DNA of 42,381 nt from an uncultured Pseudomonadales bacterium (GTDB lineage Bacteria > Patescibacteriota > Microgenomatia > UBA1400 > UBA12028). Below are positions 27,702 through 34,861 of this stretch, one piece after another. A program made the position numbers and the translations under genes. The stretch's first letter is position 1; every line of letters starts with the position of its first letter. The stretch is from the NCBI GenBank assembly GCA_964574065.1, contig CAZNKS010000003.1, forward strand, positions 1-42,381, read 5' to 3'. The notes under the pieces are model-generated. The model was not told where the DNA came from. It worked only from the letters and a program-made list of their open reading frames with translations, and did not search any database.

Positions 27702-27762
27702 GTGGGGAGAAAGAACTGCCTCCTGGACACGGGTATGGAACGTAGAAAATACTTTTTTATTG

Positions 27763-29385
27763 TTATTGTTTTGACGGCTTGTGGCTGATAGTACTTCGAA
27801 CTGAATGTGCGATTTCCCAATTTATTTCCCCGATAACTTGAGGTCCTTGAAAGATCATACCCGTTATTAACTGTACAAGGTCAGCGCCCAAGCGCATTTT
27901 TTCTTTGGCGTCTTCTCCCGAGAAAATGCCCCCCGTCCCTATGATGATAAACCGGTTTCCAAACTCTTTCTTTGTTAGAGATATTAAGGCATTCGATCGA
28001 TCGAATGTAGGTTTCCCACTGACCCCACCCTTTTTGGATTTCCAAGATTCCCGATCCATCTTTGTGAGCGACGGATTTTCATGATCTTTGGTCAAATTTC
28101 CACAAATAACCCCTGTTATTGACTTGGCTTTTGCTGCAATTTTGAGGATATCCAAGAGACGAGCAAGCGTTTCCTTTGAGGAAAGTCCATCTTGCAGATC
28201 AATCGGCATCTTCAGAAAGACTGGTTTTGTAATCTGTAGTCTCTCAAAAGCACCAACCAATTTCTGAAAGCGTTTCACATCTGTAAAAGGTTGTCCACCT
28301 TTCGTGTTAGGACAACTGATATTGAGTTCATAGTAGCTATGGGCGACAGGGGATTTCTCGAAGAGAGTGAAGGACTGAATAATGTCGTCGATTTGATCAT
28401 CTACAGAACTGTACTCTCTATTGGTGCTACCGATACTAATACCAATAGGAATTCGAAACTTCTTCCCTTCTAGTTTGTCTATGATAGCTTGTGCTCCCAG
28501 TGACTTAAAACCTTTGTTCACCAAGAGAGCTTTAGAGTCAGGGAAACGAGATAGCATGGGGCGAGTATTTCCTTCATATGGATATCGAGTTACGGTTCCA
28601 ATCGTTGCAAACCCAAACCCAACGTCTGGGAGAATGTCATACAAGTGTGCATCATAATCAAAGCCAGCGGACAGTCCTACAGGATTTGGAAATGTAATTC
28701 CAGCTACTGTCTTTGTCAGTACTGGGCTTTCTACAGCAAAGGAAATTCTCGTGAGAAACCGAGTGAGTGGGAATTTCCCAAGAATTTCGCCGGCCTTCAC
28801 CATCTGGTTATGAACGAGCTCAGGATCCAGAAGAAAAAAGAAAGGTTTGAGTATGTACTGATATGCGAGTGCAAAAAATGCGAGTCGAATAGGATACTCT
28901 TTTTGGTCTTCTTTACTTCGTTTTCGTACAATTGCGAGCAGGTTTACCAAAACAAAAAGCGTGGTACATGCAAGTGCGGAAAGTAAACAATAGAAGCACC
29001 ATGCTTGAATAATGACACCCATAAGGAAAACAAGATACAACGAGAAGAAAAATCCAAAGAGAGTCCCAATTCGAAGCAATCCAAACGTTGAGATCTTCTT
29101 ACCTGCAATAGAAATATGGCGAATTTCGAGAAAATACAAGCTGCTGAGGATGAGGACAAAGGTATAGTACAAAGCTCCTAACAGAGACAAAGGAATTGGG
29201 CCAATGCTTGCCCATTTGCTCTCCAAGACAGCAGCACAGTGAAAACCAGGTGCACAAGGCGGAACAATTCCCGAAAGTTTTTCATAGGTAATATACGCTG
29301 CATCGATAATTCCTAAGAAAGCGACAATGGGAACTAAGAGTTTAACAAACATATTGCCCCATTGTACTCCAACCTTTTCCTTCAT
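27763..29385 (-). CDS. Fusion protein: N-terminal VKOR-family membrane domain joined to a C-terminal class-2-like dihydroorotate dehydrogenase-like flavoprotein domain
   Basis: The VKOR part shows PPCAPGFHCAAVLESKW (loop Cys pair plus Ser) and AWCFYC (CxxC in TM4). The PyrD-like part shows LDPELVH, GLSAGFD, NISCPNT, GGVSGKP and IIGTGGI. The start is uncertain. In-frame candidates are ATG 29352, 29385, 29400, 29469 and 29475, and TTG 29523. None has a good SD. Confidence 0.75.
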   Translation of the reverse strand: MKEKVGVQWGNMFVKLLVPIVAFLGIIDAAYITYEKLSGIVPPCAPGFHCAAVLESKWASIGPIPLSLLGALYYTFVLILSSLYFLEIRHISIAGKKISTFGLLRIGTLFGFFFSLYLVFLMGVIIQAWCFYCLLSALACTTLFVLVNLLAIVRKRSKEDQKEYPIRLAFFALAYQYILKPFFFLLDPELVHNQMVKAGEILGKFPLTRFLTRISFAVESPVLTKTVAGITFPNPVGLSAGFDYDAHLYDILPDVGFGFATIGTVTRYPYEGNTRPMLSRFPDSKALLVNKGFKSLGAQAIIDKLEGKKFRIPIGISIGSTNREYSSVDDQIDDIIQSFTLFEKSPVAHSYYELNISCPNTKGGQPFTDVKRFQKLVGAFERLQITKPVFLKMPIDLQDGLSSKETLARLLDILKIAAKAKSITGVICGNLTKDHENPSLTKMDRESWKSKKGGVSGKPTFDRSNALISLTKKEFGNRFIIIGTGGIFSGEDAKEKMRLGADLVQLITGMIFQGPQVIGEINWEIAHSVRSTISHKPSKQ

Positions 29386-29508
29386 AAGGGTGATCCGCAT
29401 CACATGGGGAGAAAGTTGTCTTAGGTTTAAGAGTACTTCCTCCTTGACCCTTCTTATAATTTGCTGCATAACCATTGGTACACGCACTGGTATCAAGAAA
29501 GGGTGTAT

Positions 29509-30432
29509 ATGATTGGTGATCAAACAAAAGTTGGCATTGTTGGTCTTGGAAATGTGGGGGCAACTGCCGCATACGCATTACTCCTTCATAGCGTTGTAAA
29601 CAAGCTTGTACTCCTGGCTCGCTCAAAAGAGAAAGCGATGGGAGAAAAACTTGATCTTGAGCATGGACTTCCATTCTTAGAGAGTGCTGAGATTGTCGCA
29701 ACTGATGCCTATGAGGACTTACAAGGATGTGATGTAGTTGTTATTACCGCTGGAGCAGCTCAAGCTCCTGGTGAAACCAGGTTGGATCTGGTTGCCAAAA
29801 ACACAGCCATCATCTCAGAAATTGTGCCAAAGATTGTTGCGAATGCACCAGATTGCATTATTGTGGTGGTTGCAAATCCTGTCGATATTTTGACCTATAA
29901 AGCTGCACAGCTTGCTGGTCTTCCTTTTGGCCGTGTGTTTGGTTCAGGAACAATGCTCGATACAGCTCGCTTCCGGGTTCATTTAGCTGAATTTTTAAAA
30001 ATGAATCCCCGCAGTATTCATGCCTATATTTTAGGTGAACATGGAGATAGTTCTTTCCCTGTACTTTCATCTGCATCAACGGGAGGACAGCTTCTTACGA
30101 CTCATCCAAATTTTTCCCAGGCACAAACGCAGGCTGCATTTGACCGCGCGCGGAAAGCTGCGTATGAAATTATTCAAGCAAAAGGTGCGACATACTACGC
30201 CATTGGCGTCGTTATTATGCAGATAGTTAAAACAATTCTTCGTGATAGTAAAACAGTCATTCCAGTTTCAATTCCGTTAACTGATTATTATGGAGTACAT
30301 GATGTTTCTCTTTCTGTTCCCTGCATTGTAGGACGCGGTGGTGTGGAGCAAATTTTGAAAGTTGGACTAAATCAAACTGAACAAGATAATCTACACAAAT
30401 CAGCAGAAACACTCAAACAATTTTTGCAGTAA
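29509..30432 (+). CDS. ldh: L-lactate dehydrogenase (LDH/MDH family)
   Basis: The ATG at 29509 gives MIGDQTKVGIVGLGNVG (Rossmann fold). It carries ITAGAAQAPGETRLDL, with Gln at the LDH-versus-MDH discriminating position, and GEHGDS. The track start at 29461 is a TTG. Confidence 0.85.
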   Translation: MIGDQTKVGIVGLGNVGATAAYALLLHSVVNKLVLLARSKEKAMGEKLDLEHGLPFLESAEIVATDAYEDLQGCDVVVITAGAAQAPGETRLDLVAKNTAIISEIVPKIVANAPDCIIVVVANPVDILTYKAAQLAGLPFGRVFGSGTMLDTARFRVHLAEFLKMNPRSIHAYILGEHGDSSFPVLSSASTGGQLLTTHPNFSQAQTQAAFDRARKAAYEIIQAKGATYYAIGVVIMQIVKTILRDSKTVIPVSIPLTDYYGVHDVSLSVPCIVGRGGVEQILKVGLNQTEQDNLHKSAETLKQFLQ

Positions 30433-30434
30433 CC

Positions 30435-31403
30435 TCACCGTAAGTATTTGGCGATGTTAGCCTGATGCTCTTCATACGTGACGGCATAATGTGGACGATC
30501 CTGTGTGTCATGAATGTAATATAAATAATCCGACTCGGTTGGATCTAAAACAGCTTTTAATGCGTTCAAGCTTGGGTTACAGATTGCTGTTGGAGGAAGT
30601 CCTTTGTTCAGATATGTATTGTACGGACTCTGGCGAGATTTATCTTCTGACCTTGCTTCGGGCCACCAAGTTTTATTTCGGGTATCATAGCCTTTGACGT
30701 ATTGTAAGGTTGCATCAACTTGGAGTGGCATCCCTATCTCTAACCGATTGCGTAAAATCCCTGCTACCATTTTCATATCTTCGAAGCTCTTCGCTTCTCG
30801 CGCAACTAGCGATGCAAGAATTACTGCATCTTCTTTGGAATCCGGTTCTCCTAACTCTGACACTGCTTGTCCATATCGTTTCTCAAAGGTATTGGTGAGA
30901 ACTGAAAGAACAGTTTTTGCGGTAGAGTCTCTAGAAAGCAAATATGTATCAGGAAACAGGGTCCCTTCTTTGCCCTTGGCAAGGGTAATAAATTCGTCTG
31001 GGTCAAAAGTATCGTGAAGATGTTGTGCAAAGATTTCTGCCATTTCTTCTGTGCGTAATTCTTCCTTTAGGGTAATCCAGACATCGCTTGTTTCAGTTTG
31101 TAACGTACGGAGTATTTCTTTTGGAGTCATAGCAGCAGATATTTCATAAGTACCTGGTTGTAAAACGAACGTATTTCCTGCAAGCTTTGTCAAAATTCGC
31201 ATCGAATATCGGCTTCGTATTATTCCTTTCTCTTCAAGTTCTGCTGCTACATCTGAAAGCGTGCTGCCTTTCGCAATGACAAACTTCGAAGCTACTCCCT
31301 GCGGATTACTGGGGAGGAAGGAATAATATACAACTCCAACAGCTATACACACTCCGCCTACAAATAATAAGAAAATAGCAAGAAAGAATGTTTTTAGCTT
31401 CAT
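30435..31403 (-). CDS. mltG: Endolytic murein transglycosylase MltG (YceG-like)
   Basis: It has an N-terminal TM helix and the YceG signature (ASLVAREA..., VAGILRNRL..GMPLQVDATLQY, NTYLNKGLPPTAICNP). Confidence 0.88.
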   Translation of the reverse strand: MKLKTFFLAIFLLFVGGVCIAVGVVYYSFLPSNPQGVASKFVIAKGSTLSDVAAELEEKGIIRSRYSMRILTKLAGNTFVLQPGTYEISAAMTPKEILRTLQTETSDVWITLKEELRTEEMAEIFAQHLHDTFDPDEFITLAKGKEGTLFPDTYLLSRDSTAKTVLSVLTNTFEKRYGQAVSELGEPDSKEDAVILASLVAREAKSFEDMKMVAGILRNRLEIGMPLQVDATLQYVKGYDTRNKTWWPEARSEDKSRQSPYNTYLNKGLPPTAICNPSLNALKAVLDPTESDYLYYIHDTQDRPHYAVTYEEHQANIAKYLR

Positions 31404-31463
31404 AAGACGTATTGAGTGTAGGGGAAATAAGCACCTCAGACAAGTGGGGTGTTGCCCTGTTCT

Positions 31464-31862
31464 TTAGCTTAAATCCAGATATTCTTGTAACATTTGTGCT
31501 GCAGCAATATGATCTCGGGGACCCTCTCGTTTTGACTTTTTTTGAAACGACAGTGTTTCGATAGATGCATGTGTGGAAAGAGTTTCATCAATGGTTTCAA
31601 TAGGAATTGAAGTGAGAGCTGTGAGTTTCGAAATAAAAACAGCCGTTTTCTCTGCAGTCTTTCCTTCGGAGATACCAACAAGGACTTTTTCAATTGAGAG
31701 CTTATCAATAAGTTGAAGCACTTCTTCAAGAGCCTGAGGAGTGACAACGTCTTGCAGGTTTTTCGTTGCATTAGTAATAACAGTAAGCGGTTCTGCTAAA
31801 GGTGTAGTCGCAACAGCTACTCCTATGCGTCTGGTACCATAGTCTAAACAGAGAATGTTCAT
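31464..31862 (-). CDS. ruvX: Putative pre-16S rRNA nuclease / Holliday-junction-resolvase-like YqgF
   Basis: It starts MNILCLDYGTRRIGVAV, the YqgF N-terminal motif. Both its 132-aa size and its position next to mltG are typical. Confidence 0.85.
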   Translation of the reverse strand: MNILCLDYGTRRIGVAVATTPLAEPLTVITNATKNLQDVVTPQALEEVLQLIDKLSIEKVLVGISEGKTAEKTAVFISKLTALTSIPIETIDETLSTHASIETLSFQKKSKREGPRDHIAAAQMLQEYLDLS

Positions 31863-31915
31863 ACAGGAAATTACGACGAATACGGCATGCTAAGTATACA
31901 CGAATACAATCAATA

Positions 31916-32725
31916 TTATTCTCCAACCTGCGATAAAACAGCAGTTACAACTCCTCTATAGAGATATGTTCCTTCAGGCACGCATGTCACTAATTTTAAT
32001 TGTCTTGCATCTCGTTGTTGTTCTAAGATAAAGCGATCTGTCGGTTTTACCTGGGTTTTATTCACAACTTTGTAGGTATATCGAATTCCATCGTCAGTAA
32101 TATATATTTCGTCTCCATTTTTTAAGGTCATGATCTTTGAAAAGATTGAAATGTATCGCCTCGGATTACTTTTTGCTGGGTTATAGAATTGTCGTAAGAC
32201 TGAATGTCCAAAAATCACAGGTGAACCAAAATCACCTGGATTTGAGGTGCCAGGATACTGTAATAAGTTCTGATCTAAACTCTTTCCTCCATACACAACT
32301 TCTGCATCCTCTATGTCAACCGCAGGAATAGAGAGCATGTACTTCTTTTCTTGTTTCGGCTCAATAACTGGAAGCATCGTATCCGGAAACCAGTTTGAAA
32401 GATCTGTGTAATCAAGTTCTTCTGCCACAATGACCGGAGTAGGATGTGGGGTTGGAAGTAAGTATTCTTTTTTTTCAACTTTTACGACCGTTTGGGGAAG
32501 TCCTGTGTCTTCTACTGCATCAGCTTGTAGAGAAGTAGGATTCGTTAATCCAAAAAGAATAGGAAAAAGAACGCTGGTTAGTAGTATCACCCCTGCACAC
32601 ATTAAAAATAATGGGGCAATCCTATGGAAGAAAAGAAGCCTGTACTGTCTAGCAGTTTTGATGCGCGTCCGAGAACGAGGGCGGCTGATAGGTTTCTTTT
32701 GCTTGGTATATACAACAACGGCCAT
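31916..32725 (-). CDS. Sortase-family transpeptidase (membrane anchored)
   Basis: It has an N-terminal basic segment and a TM helix. The catalytic His is in VIFGHS, the Cys is in the LKLVTC motif (TLxTC-like), and an Arg follows downstream (YRGVV). Confidence 0.8.
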   Translation of the reverse strand: MAVVVYTKQKKPISRPRSRTRIKTARQYRLLFFHRIAPLFLMCAGVILLTSVLFPILFGLTNPTSLQADAVEDTGLPQTVVKVEKKEYLLPTPHPTPVIVAEELDYTDLSNWFPDTMLPVIEPKQEKKYMLSIPAVDIEDAEVVYGGKSLDQNLLQYPGTSNPGDFGSPVIFGHSVLRQFYNPAKSNPRRYISIFSKIMTLKNGDEIYITDDGIRYTYKVVNKTQVKPTDRFILEQQRDARQLKLVTCVPEGTYLYRGVVTAVLSQVGE

Positions 32726-32728
32726 AGC

Positions 32729-34768
32729 TTATTGAACAGAAATAGAGATACGCGCAGCATCCTTGGGTAGGGATTTTGAAAATATTGCTAAGAAAACGGG
32801 CCGCACCGTTAAGGTATATGATGCAATAGCCTCTTGGGTATCTAAGAAATGACGAGACTCTTCCAAATTTTTCCCAGCTAGGATCTTTGTGTACTGTGTG
32901 GGTTCTAATGACGGCTTTGCCTTCGAAGACAGTGCTAAGGAAAGTTGAATCTTTTGCTTACTTTCAACTTTTTGACCTGTAATTTCCGTTTTGATCGTAT
33001 CGGCAAGCAATGATGATCCTGCAGGAAGGACGGCGTTGAGTTTCTCTTGAGCAAAATTTGTTAGTTGTGCCTTCGTATATAAAATACCTGATGCTGATGC
33101 GGTTGCAGAAACTGACACAGATGATGCTTCTGCACCAACAGCAGCTGAATATTTTTTATTTGTCACAACCACATCATCGAGTACTACAACTTCTTGCACG
33201 TTATTTGCTTTGGAACGTATTGCATCACCTGCTTGTGCCTTCATATCAACAATCGCTGCCTTTAGTGCATCATCGTGATCTTTTTGAGCAACAGCTGTGG
33301 TTTGCTTACTATTCCCTCCAGTAAAAGGTGACTCACTACGAGCTACAAATGCAGATTTATCAAAACTTCCCACGTTCATTTCTACGTTCTTATCAATATT
33401 ACTGGCTTCGCCATACTCAGCTGCTGTCGCTTTTATGGTTGATTTGCCGTGCACTGTTTCAGAAATTGTAGAGCTTGCAGAAGCCACTGTTGTTTCTTCA
33501 TCGGTAACAAAGGAAAGTTTCCCTGTCTTTAATTGTGTTCCCGCAGGAAACTTTTTGCTTTGTGAGGTTTTGTTGTAAATCGTAACTGTTCCCTTTGCTT
33601 TGTCTCCAATCGTCTTTTTCCCTGTTGCAGGAACTTCCTTGTCCGCTGTAATTTGTGCAGAAGTCATTTCTGCAGGAAGAATATCTTCTGCTGGACTATC
33701 AGTTAACGGATCGAGAGTCACGGTTGCTTGTGATGTTACGTCATACTCTTTCAAAACTAGGGTTACCTGAGCGGAAATCATCCGAGGGATAATGACAAAG
33801 AAACCAAGCAGCGCTCCTAGGACAAGAACAGCAACCAGACCAATAATAGGAGCGAATTTATTTTTAGGGAATGAAAAAGATGGAAGTTTTCGTCTTTGGG
33901 TACTAACTTCATCTTCCACAACGGAAGCTTCAGTTTGCTCAGTGCTTGGGTTGTGGCTGTCTAGGACAATAGGTTCAAATTGAGGCGGAGCTATTGGAGT
34001 ATGAACGGAATTACTCTTTCCTTCTGAAAAAAGTCCTAGTGCTTTCCCTACTTCTTTACCACCTGTTTGTGCCACCGCAAGAATTATCTGATCTGCATCG
34101 ATGCTTTGAATTTTTGGTAATTGTGCAAACCACGATGGCTCCCAAGTGTGGTTTGTTAACTCTTGCGCAATTTGCACGAGTTCATCTTCATCTGCGCAAA
34201 GCGACGATAGTACAATTTGCGTGGGAAGATCACCAGTTTTTAAACGGCTAAAACCTTCGATGAGATCTTGCACAGTTTGACCACTTCTTCCGACTCGAAT
34301 GAGATTACTTGATTGATTGTGACGAATTACTGCAGTTACAAATGCCTGCTCCTCTACAAACACACAGACTGCATGTAAAGGATGAGAACTTGAATCTCGA
34401 AGCTTTGCAATGATTGCTTCCAAGGTTACGACAAATCCCACCGAATGGAGTTCAAGCTTCTGGGTTATAGCTTTTAACACTGGTTTTCTGGAAGTAGTAA
34501 TTCCCAAACCAGTCACCCAGTCATCAGGTAGAGCAAACAATACTTCACTTGCTGACAGGTGGTCAGGGAAAGATGCAATTGCTGTATCAACTGCTTCGAG
34601 TAAAGACTCTTCGTTTGAAGTGTCCCACACGATAAGGTCGCTCACCTGGTCCACAAGAATTTGTTCACCATCTATATGCCAAACAGCTGCGAGCGCTACT
34701 CCTGGAGAGATAGCAACCGCATACACATAGTGTTTCGATTCTTTGGTTCCAAAAAGCGGAAATTTCAT
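32729..34768 (-). CDS. Large hypothetical bitopic membrane protein (679 aa) immediately upstream of the sortase gene
   Basis: I chose the ATG at 34766-34768 (MKFPLFGTKESKHYVYAVAIS...). It has a cytoplasmic N-domain of about 310 aa with a weak FtsA/PilM-like (actin-fold) appearance. One TM helix follows (FAPIIGLVAVLVLGALLGFFVII). The ectodomain is about 340 aa and rich in T, S, A and K. Its stop lies 3 nt before the sortase ATG. There is no C-terminal LPxTG signal. Confidence 0.6.
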   Translation of the reverse strand: MKFPLFGTKESKHYVYAVAISPGVALAAVWHIDGEQILVDQVSDLIVWDTSNEESLLEAVDTAIASFPDHLSASEVLFALPDDWVTGLGITTSRKPVLKAITQKLELHSVGFVVTLEAIIAKLRDSSSHPLHAVCVFVEEQAFVTAVIRHNQSSNLIRVGRSGQTVQDLIEGFSRLKTGDLPTQIVLSSLCADEDELVQIAQELTNHTWEPSWFAQLPKIQSIDADQIILAVAQTGGKEVGKALGLFSEGKSNSVHTPIAPPQFEPIVLDSHNPSTEQTEASVVEDEVSTQRRKLPSFSFPKNKFAPIIGLVAVLVLGALLGFFVIIPRMISAQVTLVLKEYDVTSQATVTLDPLTDSPAEDILPAEMTSAQITADKEVPATGKKTIGDKAKGTVTIYNKTSQSKKFPAGTQLKTGKLSFVTDEETTVASASSTISETVHGKSTIKATAAEYGEASNIDKNVEMNVGSFDKSAFVARSESPFTGGNSKQTTAVAQKDHDDALKAAIVDMKAQAGDAIRSKANNVQEVVVLDDVVVTNKKYSAAVGAEASSVSVSATASASGILYTKAQLTNFAQEKLNAVLPAGSSLLADTIKTEITGQKVESKQKIQLSLALSSKAKPSLEPTQYTKILAGKNLEESRHFLDTQEAIASYTLTVRPVFLAIFSKSLPKDAARISISVQ

Positions 34769-34770
34769 AT

Positions 34771-34805
34771 GTACCACCAAAAGCCCCCGATGGCTTTGGA
34801 GGTAC
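34771..34805 (-). promoter_or_regulatory. Strong 5-prime UTR hairpin ending 2 nt before the start codon of the 679-aa gene
   Basis: The minus RNA forms GUACCUCCAAAGCC-AUCGGG-GGCUUUUGGUGGUAC: 13 bp with one mismatch and one bulge. It encloses the only SD-like purine run (GGUGG). Confidence 0.45.
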
Positions 34806-34809
34806 ATTC

Positions 34810-34837
34810 ATTATGAAGAAATAGGATAAGAAATCAA
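34810..34837 (-). promoter_or_regulatory. Promoter-like motif downstream of alaS
   Basis: The minus strand has TTGATT (34837-34832), a 16-nt spacer, and CATAAT (34815-34810). Confidence 0.35.
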
Positions 34838-34861
34838 GGTCAAAGGAGTACTGCTCTACAG

